DNA of 64,000 bases from positions 124,001 through 188,000 of the forward strand of contig CBFFRP010000433.1 of the NCBI GenBank assembly GCA_965644295.1, read 5' to 3'. Position 1 is the first letter of the stretch. Each line of letters begins with the position of its first letter. This DNA is from Paraphysomonas bandaiensis (lineage: Eukaryota > Protista > Chrysophyceae). This document shows, piece after piece, positions 38,001 through 49,100 of this stretch. The notes beneath the pieces are model-generated. The model worked only from the letters and a program-made list of their open reading frames with translations. It ran no database searches and was not told the origin of the DNA. Both the position numbers and the translations under genes were made by a program.

Positions 38001-39488
38001 TTAGCTCTCCTTTCTATTTTGACCTCGAGTCTCAAAAAAAGAAAATAACACCACATATCCTAAAATACAGCCAGAGCACAGAGTTGCAGCTGTCAGCAAT
38101 AAAGGAGTGAAAGCTTTCCATCCATAATTCTGCAGAACCCATCCAATTCCTGCCCCTGCCGCTATTCCCCCAGCCTGGCCTATTACACCCAACATCCCCC
38201 CCGCTAGCCCCACCCTATCTCCAGGTACAGCTTCTCTAACACACATGCCAATGAGCGTCTTTGGAGCGTTAATTCCTACTCCAGCTAGGAACATGACAAC
38301 TGCAAGTGAGGCGTGGGTATAGGAAAAGCCACTAGCCATATGACCAACTGTATAATCAGGATGATCAATTTTTTGTAGGCAGGTAGTTTCGATGATAGCA
38401 GGAAGAACAACAAATACAGGTAGCAGAACAGCGGAAAAAAAGAAACTTGTGATATCTCTCCTTCCTTTGAACATTGGGGCATCTGAGATAATCCCAGATA
38501 AGGCACTCCCAACCATACCACCTGCCTAAAGCACATAGACTCAGCACTAGTTGCGTACCACCTCAATATAGCTGACACCTATGCACTATAACAAGTCACC
38601 TTACCTCACTCCAGAACACTAAAAAAGTGACGAGTCCGTTACTCCATCCACACGATTCCACTAGATATAGACCACTCCAGTCCGACAGCCCTCTAAGCAT
38701 AAACATAGTACACGCGCTTGAGAGAAATAGAAGCCAAAGAGAGACACTAAGTGCCCATTTCCATCCAGAAGAATGAACAGCGGGTAGCTGACCATGTTCG
38801 GACGCAATGATTGGCACAGTTTTGTTGGGTATGAGAATATAGCAAAATACCGACAAAATAATTCCCACACACCCTGCACAAAAAAAAGGAGCCTAGCTGT
38901 ATAATTAGAACCCATAGCGTAACAACATACAGCCACTTACCCTCCATCCAAAATATAGTAGTGACGCGTACGCAAAAGGCCCCAGAATATAACCGACATT
39001 TCCGCTCTGTGGGTAATACAAAAAACTGTTCATTGTACATAAGATATACTCATCATATAACGTACAGCGGTAGCGGTTGACCATACAGTTCCCCGTGTAC
39101 TACTATCATAATTTTCAAATACAATAGCAGCTAAAGCAGGCCAACCAACTCCTTGTACACATCCATTTAAAAACCATATAATACAAAAATATTCCACACT
39201 TGAACCCAATCCAAATAACATGGTCATGAGTGATGTAAGAAACAATCCAGTAGAAAACATAATTCTACAATCAACATAATCAGATAAAACACTACTAAAA
39301 AATTTACTTAATCCATATGCAAATGCAAAATATGATGGTACAATACCAATATGACTTTTAGTTAATGATAAATCAGTTAATAGAAGTGGTAATGCAACTG
39401 ATAATGTTTTACGTATAGCTGAATACATCGCATATCCACTACATAATGCAAGTAAGATAGGATCAGTATATGATATATGATGTTTCAT
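38001..39488 (-). CDS. MFS organophosphate:Pi antiporter family transporter (GlpT/UhpC/SLC37-like)
   Basis: YAMYSAIRKTLS, AYGLSKFFSSVLSD, WFLNGCVQGVGWP, RGTVWS, LSDW, GIISD, NAPKTLIG, GLAGG; 3 introns. Confidence 0.9.
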
Positions 39489-40046
39489 TAGATTAGTTGA
39501 ATTGTAAGGGAGGTTATGGAGATATATGGATATGCTACCATGATGATATTATGAGAGAGATGCATGTATGTATGTATGTGTAGATATGCTGGGGCGGTAT
39601 ACTGCTGTATATGATATGGCTGTATAAGACACTGAGATATTGTATAAATAAGAACTATGTATGATATATTATCTAAATACTAGGGTAATAGGACCTCGAA
39701 AACTCATGAAAATTAGGAATATGTATTACAAAACCATAGTTTCTTGAAGCAAAAAAACTACGCATAGAAAAAAATCATCAGGTACAACAGAGAACCATAT
39801 GGTTGAAGATGCAATAGAATACAGTGACATACACTGCAGTATGAGTGTATACACTACTTGCATATGTTATGGTCAGCTCATATGTATTTTCTAGAGCATC
39901 ACTTATGTATGTATAGACACGTACAGAGTACTCTACACTATACATATATGTATGTATAGATGCATTGATTGCATAGTGGCCTCATATCGCATCTATCAGA
40001 TACTGCATCCAACATACACTGAGAAGCAATACAAACATAATCAAAC

Positions 40047-41821
40047 ATGCTTGCACGAAACTTTATGCGTACATCTCTTCGTGGGATAACTCCTTTTCGA
40101 GCCGCATCCACTGAATCATTGAGTTGGGCCAAGACTATGAATGCTCCTCTATCAGAGACCGATCCAGAGCTACACTCTATTATTGAGAGTGAGAAAGGAC
40201 GTCTTCAAGATTGTTTGAATTTAATTGCATCTGAAAACTTAACTTCTAAGTCTGTCTTTGATGCTCTTGGTTCAGTGATGTCGAATAAGTACTCAGAGGG
40301 ATACCCCAAAGCGCGTTATTATGGTGGCAACGAGAATATTGATAAAGCAGAGTTGTTATGTCAGCAGCGTGCTCTAGAGGCATTTAATTTAGACCCTGCT
40401 AAATGGGGTGTAAATGTTCAAACTCTCTCTGGATCTCCTGCAAACTTTCAGGCCTATTCTGCTGTCTTGCAACCTCACGATAGAATTCTTGCCCTGGATC
40501 TTCCCTGCGGAGGTCACCTTAGCCACGGATACCAGACCGACAGCAAGAAAATTTCTGCTGTCTCGGTGTTTTACGAAACAATGGCATACCAGCTAAATGA
40601 GGAAGGAACCATCGATTACGACCAGATCGAAACCAATGCCCGACTCTTCCGTCCGAAGTTGATCGTGGCTGGTGCATCTGCCTACTCAAGATTGATTGAC
40701 TATGAGCGCATACGTCAGGTGTGTGATAGCCACAACGCGTGGATGCTTTCTGATATGGCCCACATTTCCGGTCTTGTTGCCGCTGGAGTTGTTCCTTCAC
40801 CCTTCGACCATTCTGATATTGTCACCACTACCACTCACAAATCTTTACGCGGACCTAGGGGTGCCATGATATTCTACAGAAAGGTGAAATTCCGCCGTAT
40901 TATATTTTCTTACTAACAAATCAATGGCTATGATGGTTTTCCTGTTCATATTAACATTGTTTTCCACAGGGTGTGCGCAAGGTAAACAAGAAGGGCGAGA
41001 ATATCATGTACGACATCGAAGATCGCATTAACTTCTCCGTATTCCCAAGGTAGTCTCCATGTTGATGGATTTCAATCATTGTATCTCTTTTGCTCACATA
41101 TAAGTGCAGATTCCAGGGTGGTCCTCACAACCACACAATCTCTGCCATCGCAACTTGCCTCAAGCAAACCATGACACCCGAATACAAAGCCTACCAGAAG
41201 CAGGTCATGTCAAACTCCGCTACATACGCAAAGGCCCTAGTTGGCCGTGGGTACCATCTGGTCGGAGGTGGTACTGATAATCACCTCGTACTTGTTGATG
41301 TGAAGCGTTCCCGCGGTGTGGATGGTGCACGTGTCGAGAGGGTTCTAGAGCTTGCCAACATATCCGTCAACAAGAACACCGTTCCCGGTGATGTATCTGC
41401 TCTTGTACCAGGCGGTATCCGAATGGGAACTCCAGCCATGACGACTCGGTATTTTTTTCTGTTGTTTTTATTGTTGATAAATGTCTTTTTTGTAGTGGAT
41501 TTACGGATGAGGACTTTGAGCAGGTGGCCGAATTCTTCGACAGAGCTGTCCAGATTGCAGTCGATATCTCGGTACGTTGAGTGTCCATCCATATATTCGT
41601 AAATATAGGCATATACTAGTATACAAGGCACAATACCTGACGTGTGCTATCAAAGTCAGCTTTCCTAATGTTGCCTACTTTATATACAGAAGGAGACGGG
41701 ACCTAAGCTGAAGGACTTCAAGGCGGCATTGGCTGGAGGAGTGGGTAACCACCCACACCTTGCTTCCCTTGCCGACGAAGTCAAAGAATTTTCAAGGAAG
41801 TTCCCTACCATTGGTTATTAA
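40047..41821 (+). CDS. SHMT: Serine hydroxymethyltransferase, mitochondrial-type presequence
   Basis: [31 protein letters not shown] lysine [40 protein letters not shown]; Arg-rich N-terminus. Confidence 0.98.
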
Positions 41822-42415
41822 AATAGAGAATATGCACTCCAGGCTCTAGTTTTTCAGCTACTGTTGTATCATAGTGGCTGTGTTTCACTCAACCGGAATG
41901 ACGTTTCCGCTGTAAGTTAAATACGAAGCATTAGTATTGCTGCAACTTTGCTTGAGTACGTTTTGTGACATTCAACTCGGATGAATGTCAGTTTTGAAAT
42001 AGATATAGAGGCAATGGCTCATGGTACTTAACACTAGATTACGTAGATTTTTTTTTACACTGATAGGAAGCGGTAGGGTAGCTATGTAGGCTTATGTAGC
42101 TACCGATTGCGACGAAGAGACATCACCGATCAGCAGTGGTTCTCTAGTTTTGCGTCAAAATAAAGTGCCGAAAAGTTTATAGTTTATAATATTCTTTTTG
42201 AACATGTCAAGGAACACGCATTAGAGCACTGAGAATTATATTCCGTTGATAATATTCGTCGACTAAATCCGATTCATTCAATCGAACTCTGGAAAGAGAA
42301 ACACAATGATATAACTTAATTATAATATTAAAGAAGGGTGTAGCAGTACTGGATACATATGACATTTACATCTTGATAACAAGCTACTGAGCAAAAACAC
42401 CTTCATCTCTCACTC

Positions 42416-43002
42416 TTACAATGCTCTGTCCATAATTTCCTTTCCGCTGTAAAATACATGTGCAATGTCATCAAAAATAAATTTACGGGTACATACTTAC
42501 AGATGTTTAACAAAAGTTGACTTATCAATTGCATCATCACTCGGTGTGTACTGAGCTGTGGTTGGATCAACACCAACAGCTTCCAAAGCTGACAATACAA
42601 AGGTAAAATCAGCACTTAAGATAGACAGATAGTATTACGCACCTCTCGCATATTGTAACTGGGTCACATAACCTCTACCAGTAATATCAAATATGGAAAA
42701 CATATTGACAAGATCTTGCTCAGCAAAGAGGGTCACCTATCAACAAAATATCAAACAGGACCCCCATCACACTGGCACGTTACCGGCTCATTTTTAGATT
42801 TTTGCTCCTGGATACGTTTCAGTTCTTCCAGCAAAAACTCATTAGGTTGTTCAGGCTTAACAAATGCTAATCTAGCTCCGAGAATCTTTGACTATTCTTT
42901 ATATGTAGTAACAACAAGTATTTGTATACATACCTCAAAGAGCTGGAGAACCTTCTTCTCCTTTAAGTAATTCAATGCATTTTCTCTAGGATCCGATGAC
43001 AT
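42416..43002 (-). CDS. EFCAB10-like EF-hand protein with N-terminal RIIa/Dpy-30-type dimerisation motif (flagellar)
   Basis: Five short exons by eye: MSSDPRENALNYLKEKKVLQLFE / ILGARLAFVKPEQPNEFL / VTLFAEQDLVNMFSIFDITGRGYVT / ALEAVGV / GKEIMDRAL*; not in the ORF track. Confidence 0.8.
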
Positions 43003-43332
43003 AGTTCAACAGAATAACAAAGATATAAAAATTACGAAAGGACAACTATATCGTTTTCCTCTCAGTGTTTCTACTATGTGTCAAGTTGTCTTGTTTAAAT
43101 GCATACTACCTCAATAGCTGTAGAGCCCTCTAGTCTCTAGCTGTTATGTCAAGTAAAAAAAAAGAAACTGAAAACAGAGTAGATGGTACGTATATCTATC
43201 TGCATATACCTATACATGGTATACCGGTATATACACACCATAAGAGTATGCAGATGTCAACATATGCACGGGTTACATAACAAGATATCAATCCGTGACC
43301 GGATCTGTAGTAAGATCCCTCTGGTTGGTGCA

Positions 43333-43479
43333 TATCGGCAATCAGCATCTTATCTTTTCGGAAATATATTGAAGCCAAAAATCTTCTATATTACTGAACT
43401 ACAACTACGGCTGGAATACAGATAATTGTTGCCTCAATATTAGAGGCATCTCTGAACAAAAATATACAAAGATGCCGAT
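43333..43479 (+). mobile_element. MITE-like promoter repeat, copy 5
   Basis: atcggca...tgccgat TIR and a core nearly identical to copy 2; between the divergent starts at 43002 and 43605. Confidence 0.85.
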
Positions 43480-43604
43480 GAGTTAGATAGCAGTATATAA
43501 AGATATAGATTATATTCCTTGTTATCATTTATATTACTTGATAATCACTTTAATTTCTCCCTGTACTCTGTTTAACACTACTATACTCTATCAGTCCCTT
43601 TCGA

Positions 43605-43964
43605 ATGTATTCAGCGATATATACCACAGCTTTCTGGATATTAGCAGGAGTGTGGAATGTATCCATTGCCACATTCCTATGGGACTACTTGTTAATGTAT
43701 GATTCAAAAACTCGACTTGATATATGGCTTCGGTTGGCGGTGTTTATATTTGGTGTTGGGTATGCCTGTGTCGGAGTATTCGGAGATAGCTGTCAGTGGA
43801 TTGCTATTGCTGGTATAATTGGTAAATGCTGGGTTGCTGCATCTCATATCATGAGCATAAACTACAGACATCCTGGAATGAAAGCATTGAATATTGTGGT
43901 CTATGGCGATATTATATGGGCAGTTGCGTTTGGTGCCATGCTGTATGGCAGTATGATATATTGA
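43605..43964 (+). CDS. Small 4-TM membrane protein
   Basis: 119-aa ORF with hydrophobic helices and motifs AGVWN, FGVGY, GIIGK, GDIIW. Confidence 0.7.
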   Translation: MYSAIYTTAFWILAGVWNVSIATFLWDYLLMYDSKTRLDIWLRLAVFIFGVGYACVGVFGDSCQWIAIAGIIGKCWVAASHIMSINYRHPGMKALNIVVYGDIIWAVAFGAMLYGSMIY

Positions 43965-44835
43965 GTATCTATTGTATTCTGCGATTTTTATACTGCTGCT
44001 TTGACAGTAAGTTTTACCTATAATGAGAATAGTTTTACATGTATCAATCGCCGCATTAGGTACGGTAGAGACACTGATGAGATGTGGCTGGGGTGCTGGT
44101 GTGAACAATATTAGATAATCTGATCCAAATAGAAAGTAGAGTAGGTTAGGTAGAACATTATTAGTGGGTTGTGTCCTCCCGATACAATGCATACAAGAAT
44201 TATTTGACTGAAGTAATTAGTCAATTGCACAATGCTAATGTTGTTTTGTACTCAGTGCTAATATCTATCTACTTTTTACTATACGACATACGAATCCTTT
44301 GCTTTATATGTCTGAAACACACACGGCCTTGACTTCCAATCAATAAAACTGAATTCAGTACTTGGAGCACGTTTCAATTCCGTAAAACCAATTTTCTATT
44401 ATAGGCCTGATTTTAGAGTGTAGTGCCTCCACCACATCTACACAATCGACCCAGTTATATTCTTTCTCTATCTGTTTTGGTTTGTTGCATTTGCTTTGCA
44501 TTGTACGCCTCAATATCATTGCGCATGATGCAATTGAATACATCATCACCCGTCAATATGTACAGTGCGGAACATGTGGTTGAACATAAATGATAAACTA
44601 TTTAACCTTGGGACAAAAAGTAAAAGTCCCTAGTCCAAATTTAAAACTCGGGCTTCTCGCCCTCGATTCAAAACTTTGAGCACAATATAACTATATTTTC
44701 TATGTTGAACCCCTATTTGTAGTATTATAAAAATGAGCTTAGAATAGTGAGCTCTTGAATCTGGATTAAAACCACCACATAGGTGAATACTACCGCAGTG
44801 TGTCCTTCCTAAGAAAGCAGAATCAAGTAATATTA

Positions 44836-45620
44836 TTATTCGTCCTCTTTCCAATCAAAATTCTCCATCTCATCACGACATAGATTGTCATTATCTTCCC
44901 AATTCTCAAACGCATCTGAAAGAGCCAATTGCGAGAGTAATCTTCTTGTATTATCTGCTATATCATCCCAAGATATAGAAGAGCAAAAGTTAGCACGAAC
45001 GTAGAATTTAACTGTCGAAAAATTAATACAAGACAGCTCCTTCAGAGCAGACTGTCCGAGAAAGGCATGCGATCTTCGTAAAACAAGTCTTTCACGAGAC
45101 CTTTCAAGTCGCTCTAATTCAACCCTCCCGAATCGTTCCCGCAAATCTTGAGAAGATAGGATAGTGTTTACATCATCAGCACACGAGGAAAATCTCAACT
45201 GTTTAACGGGAGCGCTTCACCATGCCCTACAATATCTTGACAAAGTTTAATTTCAAAGTTTACATGGTTTTTCCTTGAAAATAAAAGTACGAGTGAGTCA
45301 CCACTAACCCCACGACTTCCACCAATTGTGGCAATCTAATCGTGTGAAGGAAAACGCCGAAAGAGATTCACCAATGAATTTTCTTCAATAGGTAACAAAA
45401 TAGAAGCACATCCAGAGTTCACAAGAACTTTTTTGACTTGGATTCATGCAAATGAGTTTTTAATTGATGGAATAAAGCATCGATTCCTGTGGTTAACTTT
45501 GGATACAAAGACTAATCCGTTTAGTTTTACATCAGACACTAACTTAAGCTCTGTAGAATTACATTGTATCCAACAATCATTTTCTTCACTAGTATCATTG
45601 AGCCGTTGAGCTGAGACATT
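44836..45620 (-). pseudogene. Disrupted gene with retropepsin-like motifs
   Basis: Manual translation: SFA*IQVKKVLVNSGCASILLP, frameshift, IGGSRGVSG...EIKLCQD, frameshift, LRFSSCADD...HAFLGQSAL; one in-frame TGA and at least 2 frameshifts. Confidence 0.5.
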
Positions 45621-46185
45621 GAAAGTTAGTATTATTTAGTTCTTAAGTATGTCTATCATGATAAGAGTATCAATTGCTTGATATTGATGGAAATAGTACG
45701 AAATTGTAGTGTATGTGTATTGTATAGGCTAAAAATACCAGTTTTTTTTCTTGTATTCTGTTTTTTGGTGAATAATCACCCTTTTTTCAGTGTTTGCAAA
45801 ATCCTAATAGACAATAGCAATGCCAGTAGAATTAAAAACTTCACTTTTTTAAGAGTATAAATCAGACTATTTCGAAAAAATCCAAAACAAAAACTACTCA
45901 ATCCCTGAAAACACGACATTTCCAAGCATGTACAGTAAATAGCCTACGAGTTGTGTCAGTATAACAGCAGAGTGATAAGGTAAATTCATATACAACACTC
46001 TCCAAGTGGACATCAGTGATGATATCATTCTTATGAAATCATTTTATCAATCTGTTTAGTTCTAACATCATTTAGTGTTGTTACTCTATTCGCATCTATC
46101 ATTTCTAGTGTTTGTAAGGATGAAAATAATGAGATAGTGAATGAAATCAACTTTAAAATAACAAACAGAGGAATTCACTGGAATA

Positions 46186-49100
46186 ATGAAAGCAAGTGCT
46201 AGAAGTAAGCAAAGGAAGAAAGTTCAGTTACTCTCAACTAATAACAAGAGTTTTACTAATGGTGGGAGAATGATTGGAAGTGTAAGACAAGATATGGTTA
46301 TCCATTCTGGAATAGCTGATGAGGATGTACGACTGGAGAGAGTACGAAATAGCCACCATGCGGCGAGACAAGGTCAACCCGATGCTAATATTGTACGCAT
46401 TTTGTCATTATATGATAATTTGTGCAGCAAGTCGCTATGCAACTCGGAATGAGAGAGTATCAGGCGCAATTCTCGAGGAATCAAGAAATGGTTATCACAT
46501 CACTGCAAAGGCACCGCGGGAGCACGATGCTGCTGTCAAGCACTACACTGAGATGCTGCGACGCTACACGTTAGACTTTCCGGAGGAGTGGGCTCTATGT
46601 CATTTTTCATTAGGAAAGATATTTGCCTCAGATTCCCGACCTAGCGAGGATCGCAGCAGAAACATGTAAGAAAATATCTTTATATTTACAACGTGATGTT
46701 GATATTATGATATATTAATGCAGCGAAAACGCCATATTTCATTTCAAGACTGCTTCACAGGTGATATGAGTTTTCTTATTTCTTGTAACACTTTGTGTGC
46801 TTGTGAATATATGGGAGAACATCGTATGTAATGTAATGATGTTCTACTTCCCGTGTGTACAGGTTTTCACCGCGTCCAGTTTCCCTGCTATGTGGGCAGT
46901 TTCTGCCCTCATGCAAGCAAATCTCTACCGGTTAACTAATTCGTACTTGTTTTGCATGTTAAATGATTTTATGACAATGACAGGGAAAGAGCTCAACTTA
47001 TGGGTGCAAGAGAGTTCACAATGCCCAACCGGTGATGACATTTAACTGATATGTGATGTGGTAGTTTGTATATGATACCATTTTATAATTTGTTTCGCCG
47101 TAGTCTAATATTTTTTTATAAAGAGGTACGGCTACGACTTCGTCGAAGTTGGGTGTTGAGATAGCAGAAGAGGCCGTGAACTTTTTTACTGTTGAACCCC
47201 ACCGATTCCTCATGGAGCAGGGCTTTGCGCGCATGCAAATGGGGTGGCTGTTGCTCTTACTCTCAGAGTATGATAGCGATGTACGTCGTTTCTGTTGTAA
47301 CGTTAACAAAGTTGTGTAGCTGCTTTTTATATTGAGAATGCAGCATTTATGTTCGATTTGTCAAGAAATATTTTTTCTTACTTTTTTACTCAGAATATTA
47401 CAACCTTCGAATTGTCTCAGCTATTAGAACGTGCGATTTCTCATCTTGAGAAAGCAGTGTCAATATTTCAACGTCTTGTTGGGTCCGTTGGCTCTCCAGA
47501 GAATGCCAAGCTGTACGTAACTATGTGTTGTTATTGGTTGGTTGTAGTACGTTGTGTAGGACGAACTACTCGTTTGAATGTATCTTTTTGTATTATTTTT
47601 CCATGTTATGATTCGAGTTTTCTGTACCAACTTATCAGGTTAAATGCGGAAAGAAGAAAAAATCAGTCTGGGATATCAACTGGCAGCACTAAACCCAAGC
47701 TAAGGTGGTCTAATATACCAGAGGAGAGAGGCCAGGACGATGGAGATGTCAGCAAGACAGCTGTAGATGGAACTGATTTGGGGTTACCGTACCACCCGTT
47801 TCATCATCTTCGAGTTCTTCTTGCTAAAAAGTAAAACGCTACTTTGTTGAAACACTGTTCTCACAATGTGTGTCAGGCCGATCGTGCTCTATTCTGGACT
47901 GACAACTTACCTTCTTGGTTTGTATGCTTTGTTTGCGTGTTCACTGGACTGATATGCACACAGGAAATGCCTATTATGGCCTCTGCACGGAGGGTGATGT
48001 AGCGACATGTCGAGATACATTGTATATGTCTTACGAATATTTAAGCGACGCTCTTAAACTTAAATACAGTTTGAAGGTATGCAGTGCTCCATTCCATTGT
48101 TGTTAAATATTCCGATGGCTGACATTAGTCATAGGAATCTGTGCAATGGGTGGAGGCGAGAATTTTACTGGCGTCACTGGTTATGAAAGACCCCTCTGTT
48201 CTTGACGAGTCTAGTCCAACTGTTCCAGTATCAATGGGAAATGCTACTACTCAAATCCCCACGTCTGCCCCCAGTAGTCTGAAGCCTTTACAAGCAGGTT
48301 AGCTGCTCTATTTATGGAGATAGGGTTGTGTGATGAAAATGTAGGACCCAACAAGCTGGCTCCTGCCAATGCACCATTACCAACTCCTCCTGATAACAAC
48401 CTTGCAATTGAGGTTGCTGACTGTTCTCTGAGTCGATTTATTTTATTTAAATACATGCATAATATTACAGGTGGCTCTTTCACACTTGAACTTGGCGCTC
48501 ACATCGCCGTTGTGCAAAGTATGAATCATAATGATACGTAAACTTAAGTTAACGCACATTGTTCATTCTCACAGAAACGATTGACTGAAATATACTTTAT
48601 GATTGCCAAGGCCCATTTTGCGAAACTCCATTTCCTCTCTGGTACTGTTGTTTATTAATGTAAACTCCATGGCTTAATTTGAATTAGATACTGTTGTGTC
48701 TCCGGCATCGTTTGCCACCCCGTTATCTGATGGTACACTTCCGGCAGAAGTCATGTCCGAAGCCGAAGAAAACTTTCAAAAAGCAGTTAAACGTGTTTCT
48801 GCCGTCAGTAAATCCGGTATTGATGCCTACATATATTTCTTCAGTTCGTTGAAAATAGCAGAGCTACGGGTGCTTCAAGCTGTGGCTATCAATTATCAAG
48901 AAAAAGAGAATAAAGACGGGTCGAAATCTTTATCTCGAACTAAATCGATATCTCATGTGAACGATATTGCAACGAAAAGTGATAGAGATTATCTCTTTCA
49001 AAGTGCGCTAAAGTATCTTCTGGATGCGTTACAAGCGAAGAAGCCATTTGAAAATGTTGACTTGCACTTCCTCTCATCTTCACAGATGGGCTATTTGTTA

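Noticed and set aside
9119-39488. Apparent ER/protein-quality-control gene cluster (DnaJ, PA, UEV, rhomboid, FKBP, MAN2C1, SLC37)
   Set aside because: Common housekeeping classes in different compartments, interspersed with unrelated genes; no evidence beyond chance without synteny data
45440-45450. In-frame TGA as selenocysteine or an alternative genetic code
   Set aside because: The same region has frameshifts, and intact genes in the window end in TAA, TAG and TGA, so the standard code applies
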